Shown here: in pieces, positions 23,440-33,706 of the stretch | Layout of the letters: every line of letters begins with the position of its first letter | Position numbering within the stretch: the stretch's first letter is position 1 | NCBI GenBank assembly: GCA_905372515.1 | Contig: CAJPPJ010000001.1 | Span: 1 to 43,681, forward strand | From: an uncultured Eubacteriales bacterium | GTDB lineage: Bacteria; Bacillota_I; Bacilli_A; RF39; UBA660 | Direction: 5' to 3' | Length of the DNA stretch: 43,681 nucleotides | Notes under the pieces: model-generated | Database searches by the model: none | Told to the model about the DNA's origin: nothing | What the model saw: the letters and a program-made list of their open reading frames with translations, nothing else | Position numbers and translations under genes: made by a program

Positions 23440-25146
23440 ATGACAGAATTAGTAAATAGTGAATATATAGAACAAAATCTTTTATTTAAACATATGTCTT
23501 CTTATACAATATTTACTTCTATAGAAGATTTTAAAAATATTAAAGCAGGTAAAACTGTATCTATAAAGGGAGAAAATATACCTATAGAATATTTAAAAAG
23601 AATTTTAGAGGATGAAAAATACTATAATTATGTATTAGATTATTTTAGTGGTGAAATACCTAGATTTATTCTTGCTACTATAGTTAATGGTGATATTGGA
23701 AATAGACTTGAATATAAAAAAATTCAATTATTTAATGCTATTAAGAATATTATTAAACCATACGAAGAAGATAAAAATATAATGTCTAGGTTTGATAATT
23801 TAAAAGAATCTTTATTTTTAAATAAATTTATAATTAAGCATTATAATGACAACTTTAAAATAAATGTGGAAAATAAAGAATATGAAGTACCTATACTAGC
23901 ATTAATAGAACTTATTAACTTAAAAGAAGATAAATTTAGTGAAGTATGTGAAAATAATAAGATTAAAACAATTAATGAAATACCTAAAGACTATTTTTTA
24001 TATATTTTAAAAACTTTTATAGAAGATAATAAATTAATAGAAGATTATATAATCCCTAGTAATATTTTTAATAATTATACTATGTTAAAAGAAGGTCAAT
24101 TAATTGATATAGATGCTATTAATAAGTTTTTAAAAACTACAGATACTAAATATAAATATATTAAATTGAATAAGGATTTAGAACAAAAGATAATATCTAA
24201 TATGCCAGAAGATCTTAGTGATTTAGAAAAAGCAATGTATATTTATATTAAGATGTGTAAGACATTAAGTTACGATGAAGAATATTATGCAGTTAATCAA
24301 AAAGGAGATGCAGTGGAAAAGCACCAAGATTTAAAATATGTTTCAGAAATAACGTTAGATAATCCCAAAGCTGTTTGTTTTGAATTTAATGTAATTTATA
24401 CTAAATTTTTACATGATTTAGGAATAAATTTTCAAAGTAATTATAAAAATATGATTGGTGAAGTTTATGGAGATGGACATGTAGAATTAGACTTTAGAGT
24501 AGGAAAATATTTAGTACATGCTGACTCTGTTACTACTATTTTAGGTGGAGATATTGTTAGATCAAAATTAAATCAACCAATTATTGGCTTAACTTGTGAA
24601 AACTTAAATTTAAAAACAAAAGAAGAATTTAATAATTCTTTAAACAAAGTATATACTCTAATTAACGAAGAAGATAAAAATAATAAAAAACCTGCAGATA
24701 CTATAGAAAATTTATTAGAAGAATATAAAAATCTTACAGAAAATGTACAAAAATTAAAGATAAAAGATAAATTTAATATATTAATGGAAAAAATAGCATC
24801 TACTGAACTTAAAGGAATAGATGCATATTACTATATCTTGAAGATGAAAAAAATATTTTTTACACCAGATGAAGAAGTAGATAATTTATCATTTAATCTT
24901 ATAAGAAATAATTTACCTATGGATGAAGATAAAACTGCTAGTGTAATAGGAATATTTACTGTTAATGATTATAGTTTTAATGAATATGAAATGCTTAATG
25001 ATTATTATTTAGTAAATGAAGCAATGAATGTTTCTAAAATATCTAAAGATGAAATAGCAGAAAAATTTGATAGTGGAGAATACGATTATATTAAGAAGAC
25101 TGATTCTGGAATTCCTGGAGTTTTAACATATAGGAGAAAAAAATGA
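23440..25146 (+). CDS. Large cytosolic protein with a transglutaminase-like Cys-His-Asp core (tentative).
   Basis: PKAVCFEFNVIYTKFLHDLGI ... GDGHVELDF ... VHADSV gives C/H/D spacing like transglutaminase-fold cysteine peptidases. ATG 23440 lies 6 nt after GGAG and is preferred to TTG 23428. Confidence 0.5.
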   Translation: MTELVNSEYIEQNLLFKHMSSYTIFTSIEDFKNIKAGKTVSIKGENIPIEYLKRILEDEKYYNYVLDYFSGEIPRFILATIVNGDIGNRLEYKKIQLFNAIKNIIKPYEEDKNIMSRFDNLKESLFLNKFIIKHYNDNFKINVENKEYEVPILALIELINLKEDKFSEVCENNKIKTINEIPKDYFLYILKTFIEDNKLIEDYIIPSNIFNNYTMLKEGQLIDIDAINKFLKTTDTKYKYIKLNKDLEQKIISNMPEDLSDLEKAMYIYIKMCKTLSYDEEYYAVNQKGDAVEKHQDLKYVSEITLDNPKAVCFEFNVIYTKFLHDLGINFQSNYKNMIGEVYGDGHVELDFRVGKYLVHADSVTTILGGDIVRSKLNQPIIGLTCENLNLKTKEEFNNSLNKVYTLINEEDKNNKKPADTIENLLEEYKNLTENVQKLKIKDKFNILMEKIASTELKGIDAYYYILKMKKIFFTPDEEVDNLSFNLIRNNLPMDEDKTASVIGIFTVNDYSFNEYEMLNDYYLVNEAMNVSKISKDEIAEKFDSGEYDYIKKTDSGIPGVLTYRRKK

Positions 25147-25363
25147 TAGAAGAGCTAAAAAAAATAAATGAAAAATTACTTTTAAAAAATGATAATAATA
25201 TTAAGGAAAAAGAAAAATATTTAATAAAATTTTAAATAAACAAAAAGCATTTTTAAAGATGAATATAGAATATGCTTATGGAATACTTAGAGATTTAAAT
25301 GTTCCAGAAGAAAGTATAAAAAACATTTATTTTCAATTACTTGATGAAGCTGAAAATAATTAA
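25143..25363 (+). pseudogene. Either two micro-ORFs (30 aa and 34 aa) or one frameshifted gene of about 73 aa.
   Basis: ATG 25143 overlaps the upstream TGA (ATGA). The frame stops at 25233 inside an aaaatttta run. A different frame carries on to 25361-25363 (..KQKAFLKMNIEYAYGILRDLNVPEESIKNIYFQLLDEAENN*). Confidence 0.3.
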
Positions 25364-25371
25364 TTATTAAA

Positions 25372-25404
25372 AAATACAATACTTAAATAGTTAGTATTGT
25401 ATTT
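25372..25404. terminator. Bidirectional hairpin terminator.
   Basis: 12-bp stem aaatacaatact / agtattgtattt, flanked by an A run on the left and a T run on the right. It lies between convergent + strand ORFs and the minus-strand tRNA. Confidence 0.65.
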
Positions 25405-25424
25405 TTATTTTAAATATATATTTA

Positions 25425-25499
25425 TGGTGTCCCCAGCAAGAATCGAACTTGCATCTAATCCTTAGGAGGGATTTGTTCTATCCATTAAACTATGAAGAC
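25425..25499 (-). tRNA. tRNA-Arg (anticodon CCU), with the CCA end encoded.
   Basis: The reverse complement folds by hand into a cloverleaf: acceptor GTCTTCA/TGGGGAC, D stem GTTT/GAAC, anticodon stem AATCC/GGATT with loop CTCCTAA, T arm GCAAG-TTCGATT-CTTGC, then A-CCA. 75 nt. Confidence 0.85.
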
Positions 25500-25560
25500 A
25501 TTAATAATCAAGTAAAATTATAACATAAAATTATTTTAATAAAAATAATATTCAAATTTA

Positions 25561-25569
25561 TGATATACT
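25561..25569 (+). promoter_or_regulatory. Extended -10 element TGATATACT upstream of eno.
   Basis: TGnTATACT 19 nt before the eno ATG. Confidence 0.4.
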
Positions 25570-25578
25570 TTATTATAG

Positions 25579-26823
<1,245 letters not shown>

Positions 26824-26831
26824 GAGAAATT

Positions 26832-27869
26832 ATGCTAAGAAGATGTAATACTTGTGGAAATTATTTTGAATCAAATACAGGTATATGTTCTATATGTGGT
26901 GCTAATAACTTAGCTCCTGGAGAAAGACTTGTTCCTCCAAAGAGACCTGTAAAAAAATTTACACCTAAGAAGAAAAATATATGGCCTTTTGTAATACTGA
27001 TGTTTTTAATCGTAGTTGTTGCAGCAGGTATTATTTTATACAATATTAATAATCCAAAATATGCTAATGATAATATAGTTAAGTTAAGTGGAGATGTTAT
27101 ATCTAAACCTACTAATATATTACCTAAAACAAAAGGAACAGTAGAAAGATCTAAAAATGGAAGAAATACTAATGAAGTTACAATTACATATAAGAATGCT
27201 GATCCAGTAGATATTAATAGATATGGAGAATATTTAAAAGAAAGAGGTTTTATTCCTTTTAGTTTACAAAAGGGAGTAGGATATGTAAAAACTAGTTCTG
27301 TAGATGTAAATAAAGTTATAGTTATATCTTTAGGATGTGGTAATGAAAGTAGTTGTTTTGCTAATTTTAAAAAGACAATTGGTAAGATAGACCATTATGT
27401 TACAGGAAGCACATTTACAAGAGTAGGAAATTCAATGGTAGGATATATTACTTTGACAGATAGATTTACACATCTTGATAATTCTAATAATCCGCTTGTA
27501 TATAAAGAAAAAGAAAATAGAGCTATAATTGCACTTGCTGTAATTAGAAATGCTGAAACTAAGAATTTTAGTACTTATCAAAATAAAATAGTAGCTGACT
27601 TAAATAATCAATTAAGAAAAAATCAAATTAAAGATTTAGCTACTAAGGGAATAAGCTTAGGTGATCATGAAGGATTTATGGTTAGTTATCATAAACTACC
27701 TAGTAAAGAATTAAATATGGAATACTATATTTATATAGCTGAAAAACATGAAGTTAGAAAGATTGTTATTAAAACAGCAGATGATTTATCTAAGTATAGA
27801 GAATTAATTTCAAGTTATTATACTGAATATAATAATAACAAGAATCAAACTATTCAAATAAATGGGTAA
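26832..27869 (+). CDS. Zinc-ribbon / single-TM / extracytoplasmic-domain protein.
   Basis: CNTCGNYF..GICSICG zinc ribbon, TM segment IWPFVILMFLIVVVAAGIILY, then about 270 aa that are probably external. Confidence 0.65.
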   Translation: MLRRCNTCGNYFESNTGICSICGANNLAPGERLVPPKRPVKKFTPKKKNIWPFVILMFLIVVVAAGIILYNINNPKYANDNIVKLSGDVISKPTNILPKTKGTVERSKNGRNTNEVTITYKNADPVDINRYGEYLKERGFIPFSLQKGVGYVKTSSVDVNKVIVISLGCGNESSCFANFKKTIGKIDHYVTGSTFTRVGNSMVGYITLTDRFTHLDNSNNPLVYKEKENRAIIALAVIRNAETKNFSTYQNKIVADLNNQLRKNQIKDLATKGISLGDHEGFMVSYHKLPSKELNMEYYIYIAEKHEVRKIVIKTADDLSKYRELISSYYTEYNNNKNQTIQING

Positions 27870-27873
27870 ATAA

Positions 27874-28971
27874 ATGAAAACTATATTAAAAATTATATTG
27901 GGAATTATATTAATAGTATTATTTGTAGTTATTACATATGTACTTTATGTTAATTTTACGTATTATAGAATAAAAGATAATACAATCTTAAATATTAATA
28001 ATAATCAAAAAGAAACTTTTGAGTTTAATAAAGAATATAAAGTATTAACTTACAACGTTGGTTTTGGGGCATATGATCATGATTTTTCATTCTTTTTAGA
28101 TGAGGCATATACAAAGGATAATAAATTTATATCTGGTAAATATGCTAAAGCTATATCAAAAAACAATGTTATAAATAATACAAATAAAATAATTGATATA
28201 TTAAAAGAAAATAAATCGGATGTTTATTTAATTCAAGAAATAGATAAAAAAGCTAATAGAAGCTATTTTGTTAATCAAGTAGAAGAATTAATTAAAGCTT
28301 TTAAGGGATATTCATCAGTTTACACTTCTAATTTTCATTCAGCGTATTTAGCATATCCCCTTCATGATATGATAGGTAAAAGTGAATCAGGATTACTTAC
28401 ACTTTCTAAATATAATTTTTATAGTAATATTAGAAGAAGTTATCCAGTTACTAATGAGTTTTTTAAAAAATTTTTTGATTTAGATAGAGCTTTTAGCGTA
28501 CATAGAACTAAACTTAAAAACAATAAAGAATTAGTTATAGTTAATTCTCATATGTCTGCTTATGATAAAGGTGGAAATATAAGAAAAAAACAATTAGAAA
28601 TGTTAAAAGTTTTTATGAAAGAAGAAAAAGAAAAAGGTAACTATGTTATAATAGGTGGAGATTTTAATCACGACTATGCCAATTCTAAGACATTATATAT
28701 GGGGGACAAAAAAGTACCAGATTGGGTATTTGATTTAAGTGATAAAGATTTAATAGAAGGATATAAATTTGTAGTACCTGTTAATAAAAATTTATATGGA
28801 ACATGTAGAGGAGCCGAAAGTCCTTATGATAAAAATAAGACATATCAAGTAGTAGTAGATGGTTTTATAGTTAGTTCTAATATAGAAGCAGAAAGTGAAA
28901 TAATAAATACTGATTATATAGCAAGTGATCATCAACCAGTTGTACTTAAATTTAAATTAAAAGAAAGTTAA
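27874..28971 (+). CDS. Membrane-anchored endonuclease/exonuclease/phosphatase (EEP) family protein.
   Basis: N-terminal TM segment, then VLTYNVGFG, LIQEID, NSHMSAYD, GGDFNHD and SDHQPV, the canonical EEP motif order. Confidence 0.8.
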   Translation: MKTILKIILGIILIVLFVVITYVLYVNFTYYRIKDNTILNINNNQKETFEFNKEYKVLTYNVGFGAYDHDFSFFLDEAYTKDNKFISGKYAKAISKNNVINNTNKIIDILKENKSDVYLIQEIDKKANRSYFVNQVEELIKAFKGYSSVYTSNFHSAYLAYPLHDMIGKSESGLLTLSKYNFYSNIRRSYPVTNEFFKKFFDLDRAFSVHRTKLKNNKELVIVNSHMSAYDKGGNIRKKQLEMLKVFMKEEKEKGNYVIIGGDFNHDYANSKTLYMGDKKVPDWVFDLSDKDLIEGYKFVVPVNKNLYGTCRGAESPYDKNKTYQVVVDGFIVSSNIEAESEIINTDYIASDHQPVVLKFKLKES

Positions 28972-28973
28972 TT

Positions 28974-29510
28974 ATGAGAATTATTAGTGGTAAATATAAA
29001 AATAAACTTATAATAGGTCATGATGTTTTAGGAACTAGACCTACAATGTCAAAAATAAGAGAAGCTTTAATGTCTCTTATTTTTGAATATTTAAATGGTA
29101 GTGTCTTTTTAGATTTATTTGCAGGAAGTGGAATTATTGCTTTTGAAGCACTTAGTAATGGTGCTAAAAAAATAATATTAAACGACATGAATTATAAATG
29201 TATTAAAAATATTAAGATAAATAAAGCTAATCTTAATTTAAATGATAATGAATGTGTAATAGAGTATAAATTTTATGATAAGTTTTTACAGAAATCTAAA
29301 GAAAAAGTAGATATTATATATTTAGATCCTCCTTATTTAAAGATTTCTTTTAGAGAAATAATAGATAATATTAAAAAAAGTAATATTTTAAAAGATAATA
29401 CGATTATTATTATAGAAACTACTAAAAAAGAAAACTTTGATGATTTAGAAGAAATAAAAGCTAAAAAGTATGGAGATAAATATATATTTATATATAAAAT
29501 AAAAAGGTGA
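28974..29510 (+). CDS. rsmD: 16S rRNA (guanine966-N2)-methyltransferase RsmD.
   Basis: RIISGKYKNKLI..TRPT..KIREALMSL, DLFAGSG and LDPPY motifs. Confidence 0.85.
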   Translation: MRIISGKYKNKLIIGHDVLGTRPTMSKIREALMSLIFEYLNGSVFLDLFAGSGIIAFEALSNGAKKIILNDMNYKCIKNIKINKANLNLNDNECVIEYKFYDKFLQKSKEKVDIIYLDPPYLKISFREIIDNIKKSNILKDNTIIIIETTKKENFDDLEEIKAKKYGDKYIFIYKIKR

Positions 29511-29514
29511 TATT

Positions 29515-30567
29515 ATGAAAAATAATAAAGGATTTGCAGTTTCAACTCTTTTATATGGAATGCTTGCTATATTAATTATAATAATGGCATTTTTGGTTTC
29601 TAGTCTTAGAACAAAAAGAAATATTTCTAAAAGTGTAACTGACAATATTTTACTTAGTTTAAATAATTGTGCTGAAAAATTAGCACAATATAGACTTTGT
29701 TTATCAGAAATAGTAAAAGATAGAAATTGTTCTGTAGAAGAAAGTCAATATAGGTTATGTTTAAATATTGAGTCTTTTGATAATTCTGAAGGAATAAGTA
29801 TTCAAAGACTAAGAACAGAACTTGAAAAAGCAGGTAAGATAGTAAAAATAAATAATCGTTATATGTTAATGAAACCTTTATATGTTTTTAGAGGAGAAAA
29901 TGTAAATAATAATCATGTTATATATGAAAATAAAAGAGGTAGAATAATTTATTTTACTAATAATAATATAATGAAAGTATTATTTGATGATGGAGGTCAT
30001 AATAAATATACTGATGTAGTACTTAATAATAATTTATCAAATGTATCTGATGTTAACTTTTGGACTTCTTCATTTATATTTAACTATTTAAATACTGATT
30101 ATAAATTAACTTTTAATAATATAAATAGATTTCATGATAGTACTACTATAGGAGTAGGTAGTTTATATAATAAGAATTACTCTACATTCTTTACTATAGA
30201 TGAACAAGCATCTGAGGCTAGTTTATATTCCTTAATTTATGGTTATTATGGAAAGAAAACTAATAAAAATTCTCAAAGTTCAGATTCTTTATTCTCGCTT
30301 CCTTCAGTAGCTGATTTATTTTTAACAAGTAGATGTGATTTAAATAATTATATATCTAATGCTTGTGTAAATAGTAGTTGGATTAATAAGTTAGAGAGAT
30401 CTTGGACAATAAATAAAGTTTATAATGAATATAGTATTTTTACTAATAAAATGGATACTGCAGTAAGTAATACTAATTTAAGAATATATCCAGTAGTACA
30501 CTTTAGATCTATTACAAGAATAATAGGTGGAACTGGTAGTGAATCTGACCCTTATGTTTTAGGATAA
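29515..30567 (+). CDS. Secreted or surface protein with a prepilin-like N-terminus that lacks Glu+5.
   Basis: MKNNKGFAVSTLLYGMLAILIIIMAFLVSS (KG|F-type leader plus hydrophobic helix). C-terminus ends GGTGSESDPYVLG. 350 aa. Confidence 0.55.
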   Translation: MKNNKGFAVSTLLYGMLAILIIIMAFLVSSLRTKRNISKSVTDNILLSLNNCAEKLAQYRLCLSEIVKDRNCSVEESQYRLCLNIESFDNSEGISIQRLRTELEKAGKIVKINNRYMLMKPLYVFRGENVNNNHVIYENKRGRIIYFTNNNIMKVLFDDGGHNKYTDVVLNNNLSNVSDVNFWTSSFIFNYLNTDYKLTFNNINRFHDSTTIGVGSLYNKNYSTFFTIDEQASEASLYSLIYGYYGKKTNKNSQSSDSLFSLPSVADLFLTSRCDLNNYISNACVNSSWINKLERSWTINKVYNEYSIFTNKMDTAVSNTNLRIYPVVHFRSITRIIGGTGSESDPYVLG

Positions 30568-30596
30568 ATAATGATATAATTATCTAGGAGATGTTT

Positions 30597-31829
30597 ATGG
30601 AAAAATACGAGTTATATAAATTATGTTATGAAAGAGCAGTAGAAGATGCTACAATTGATTTCTTTATTAAAAATCCCGACAAAAAATTTGCTTATAAAAG
30701 TGAATTTTTAACATTTAAAGAAATTTCTAAAAGTAAATTAAAAGAAAAATTACCAAAAGATTTCGATGAAAAATTTTTAGATTTAGCATTGAAAGATGCT
30801 TTTGATAATCCTTTAAATGATGAAATTACTATAGATGAAGAGGATAAAGTAAAAGAAGAAGCTTTAAAGAAAGCTATAAATGAAACAAATTTATTGAGCT
30901 TTTTAAATGATAAATATTTATCAACTCAAAATAGTTTTTTAAATAGATTAGAAGATACTTTACATCTTTTAATAAAAAAAGAAAAATTGGATGAAAAAGA
31001 TTTTTCTAAGTATATTGAAGATCATTTTTATTATAGTTTTTCAAAAATTACTGAATTAAAATCTCGTAATTTAAAAACAGAAGTAGAAGAAACTAAAATG
31101 TCTCAAGATACAGAAGAAGAAAAAGCTTTGTATAAGGCATTAAATCAAATGTTTGCTAAGAAAAAAATGCCAGTTTTACCTAAAATAGAAGTACCACTTA
31201 AAACAGAAGAAGAAATCAGAGAAGATATTAAAGAAGATCTTGAAGATTTAGAAGATTTATCTAGGTTAGAAAAACTTATAGCAGATAGATTTTATGCTTA
31301 TGTTTTAATAAAATATGGTAAGACTAAAACAGATTTATTAGATGATATTAATGCCAAAATTAATCATAGTAATTTGTATAGAGAAGAATACAATAAAGAA
31401 ATAGATAAAGATATGCTTATTAGTGATAATCCTTTATATCAAAAAGATTATATATATGATGAAAGAGGCATGATAAAAGAGAAATTACCAATAATACCTA
31501 ATTTTAAAAAACTTCCAAGAGATTATTATATTTCATCTATATATTCAGAAGATTTCTTTAATACTCACGAAAGAGAAAGAGCTTTAGTAGAACAAATAGA
31601 AGCTATAAAAGAGGAAGAAAAGAAAAAAGCAATAGAAGCAGAAAAATTAAAAAATAAACTTCATACTTATAAATTAATTTTAAAACATAGATTAGGTTTT
31701 TCAAATGAACAAGTTAGTGATATGGATGATAAGACAGTTTTACTTATAGTAGAAAAAGCTAGAGAAAATGGAGTTTTTGATAGATTAAGTAATAAAGAGG
31801 AAGATGGTCCTAAGATTAGAAGAAGTTAA
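30597..31829 (+). CDS. Highly charged (Glu/Lys-rich) hypothetical protein.
   Basis: 410-aa ORF. ATG 30597 lies 6 nt after AGGAG and is preferred to ATG 30591. No recognisable motifs. Confidence 0.6.
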   Translation: MEKYELYKLCYERAVEDATIDFFIKNPDKKFAYKSEFLTFKEISKSKLKEKLPKDFDEKFLDLALKDAFDNPLNDEITIDEEDKVKEEALKKAINETNLLSFLNDKYLSTQNSFLNRLEDTLHLLIKKEKLDEKDFSKYIEDHFYYSFSKITELKSRNLKTEVEETKMSQDTEEEKALYKALNQMFAKKKMPVLPKIEVPLKTEEEIREDIKEDLEDLEDLSRLEKLIADRFYAYVLIKYGKTKTDLLDDINAKINHSNLYREEYNKEIDKDMLISDNPLYQKDYIYDERGMIKEKLPIIPNFKKLPRDYYISSIYSEDFFNTHERERALVEQIEAIKEEEKKKAIEAEKLKNKLHTYKLILKHRLGFSNEQVSDMDDKTVLLIVEKARENGVFDRLSNKEEDGPKIRRS

Positions 31830-31848
31830 TATATATTAACTTCTTTTT
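31821..31848 (+). terminator. Rho-independent terminator overlapping the stop codon.
   Basis: Perfect palindrome agaagttaata/tattaacttct followed by a T run. Confidence 0.65.
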
Positions 31849-31851
31849 AAA

Positions 31852-31860
31852 TGTTATAAT
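31852..31860 (+). promoter_or_regulatory. Extended -10 element TGTTATAAT upstream of rlmN.
   Basis: Exact TGTTATAAT 16 nt before ATG 31877. Confidence 0.45.
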
Positions 31861-31876
31861 TAATTCAAGGTGAAAT

Positions 31877-32896
31877 ATGCAAGCAATATATGATGTAACT
31901 ATAGATGAATTAGAAAAATATTTTTTAAACAAGAATGAAAAAAAATATAAAGCTAAATATTTATATAATTTTTTATATAAAGAAAAAATAAAAGATTTTG
32001 ATGAAATAACTACTTTAAAGAAATCTTTAAGAGATGAGTTAAAAGAAGATTTTTATTTTCCTACTTTAACTCTTTTAAAACATGAAAAATCTGAAGATGT
32101 TCAAAAATTTTTATTTTCATTAGAAGATAATTTACTTATTGAAGCAGTACTTATGGAACATGATTATGGTTTGAGTTTATGTATGTCTTCTCAAGTTGGA
32201 TGTAATATGGGATGTAAATTTTGTGAATCGGGAAGATTAAAAAAAAGAAGAAATTTAGAAGCATATGAAATGGTAGAACAAATATTAAAAGTAGAAGAAT
32301 TAATTTCTAAAAAGATTAGTAGAATAGTAGTAATGGGTATTGGAGAACCTTTTGATAATTATGATAATTTCTGTAAATTTATTAAAATTATCAATTCAGA
32401 CTTAGGACTTAGTATTGGAAGTCGTCATATTACAGTATCTACTTGTGGAGTAGTACCTAAAATAAAAGAATTTGCATCTTTTCCATACCAAGTAAATCTT
32501 GCAATATCTCTTCATTCTGCTATTGAAAACAAAAGACAAGAATTAATGCCTATATCAAGAGCATATGATTTAAATACTTTAAAAGAAGCATTAATTTATT
32601 ATTATAATAAAACTCATAGAAGAATAACTATAGAGTATATTATGTTAAATAAAGTAAATGATAGTATTGAAGATGCTAAAGCTTTAGTAAATTATGTAAA
32701 AGATTTAAATTGCTATATAAATTTAATACCCTACAATACAACTAATGGTAGTGATTTTGAAAGAAGTAGCGATAAAAATATAAAACAATTTTATAATTAT
32801 TTAATAAAAAATAAATTAACTGCTACTGTAAGAAAAGAATTTGGAAGTAAAATTAGTGCTGCATGTGGACAATTAAGTAGTATGGCAGAAAAATAA
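31877..32896 (+). CDS. rlmN: 23S rRNA/tRNA (adenine-C2)-methyltransferase RlmN (radical SAM).
   Basis: SSQVGCNMGCKFCESG radical SAM cluster, GIGEP, and C-terminal SAACGQL. Confidence 0.9.
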   Translation: MQAIYDVTIDELEKYFLNKNEKKYKAKYLYNFLYKEKIKDFDEITTLKKSLRDELKEDFYFPTLTLLKHEKSEDVQKFLFSLEDNLLIEAVLMEHDYGLSLCMSSQVGCNMGCKFCESGRLKKRRNLEAYEMVEQILKVEELISKKISRIVVMGIGEPFDNYDNFCKFIKIINSDLGLSIGSRHITVSTCGVVPKIKEFASFPYQVNLAISLHSAIENKRQELMPISRAYDLNTLKEALIYYYNKTHRRITIEYIMLNKVNDSIEDAKALVNYVKDLNCYINLIPYNTTNGSDFERSSDKNIKQFYNYLIKNKLTATVRKEFGSKISAACGQLSSMAEK

Positions 32897-32962
32897 AGCT
32901 ATTTAAAAAAAACAAATAAAATGGTAAAATCAATATAGATTGTGAATAATAAAGGAGAAATA

Positions 32963-33706
32963 ATGATATCATATTTTCTAACTGATACTGGAAGAATAAG
33001 AACACATAATGAAGATAGTGTAACAATAGTTAAAAATAAAAAAGGTGAAGTATTAGCTTGTGTAGCTGACGGAGTTGGTGGACATAAAGCAGGGGAAATA
33101 GCAAGTCAAATTGCAATCAATACTATTACTGAAGCTTTTAAAGAAACATTTAAAGATTTAGATAAATTATCAGCAATAAATTGGTTAAGACAAGCTACTA
33201 CAGAAATTAATAATAAAATATTTAGTTATGTTGATAAGCATGAAGAAGCTAAAGGAATGGGAACTACTTTAGTATGTGCATTAATTACAAAAGATTATAT
33301 ATTAATTGGAAATGTTGGAGATTCATCAGGTTTTGCTATAAAAAAAGAAAAATTATATAAAATAACATATGATCATACATTAGTTAATCTTTTATTAAAA
33401 GCAGGGGAAATAACTGAAGATGAAGCAAAAAATCATCCAAAGAAAAATGTACTTATGAAAGCTTTAGGGACAAATGATCCTATTGAAATAGATATATTTG
33501 ATTGTGATTTAGATATAGAAGGAATACTTCTTGCAAGTGATGGGTTAACTAATATGTTAGATAAAGAAAAGATTATGGCAGTGTTAAATACTAATGAACC
33601 TATTCAAGATAAAGTTATTAAACTGATTGCTAAAGCTAACAATAGAGGGGGAACAGATAATATTTCAGTAGCATATATTGATTTTAAAGAAGGTGTTAAA
33701 AAGTGA
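32963..33706 (+). CDS. prpC: PP2C-family Ser/Thr phosphatase (Stp/PrpC).
   Basis: TDTGRIRTHNEDS, VADGVGGH, GMGTTL, ASDGL and GGTDNIS motifs. ATG 32963 follows AAGGAG and is preferred to GTG 32942. Confidence 0.9.
   Translation: MISYFLTDTGRIRTHNEDSVTIVKNKKGEVLACVADGVGGHKAGEIASQIAINTITEAFKETFKDLDKLSAINWLRQATTEINNKIFSYVDKHEEAKGMGTTLVCALITKDYILIGNVGDSSGFAIKKEKLYKITYDHTLVNLLLKAGEITEDEAKNHPKKNVLMKALGTNDPIEIDIFDCDLDIEGILLASDGLTNMLDKEKIMAVLNTNEPIQDKVIKLIAKANNRGGTDNISVAYIDFKEGVKK

Noticed and set aside
22141-25499. The tRNA-Arg gene as an integration site, with 22141-25363 as the integrated island.
   Set aside because: The 3' end of the tRNA does face the lineage-specific genes. However, there is no integrase, no repeat of the tRNA 3' end that I could find, and no other mobile hallmark, so the evidence is insufficient.
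29686-29763. The duplicated QYRLCL segment in the prepilin-like protein as a mobile or slippage repeat.
   Set aside because: It is only two short imperfect in-frame copies at DNA level (caatatagactttgttta against caatataggttatgttta). This is more simply an internal Cys-motif duplication in the protein.
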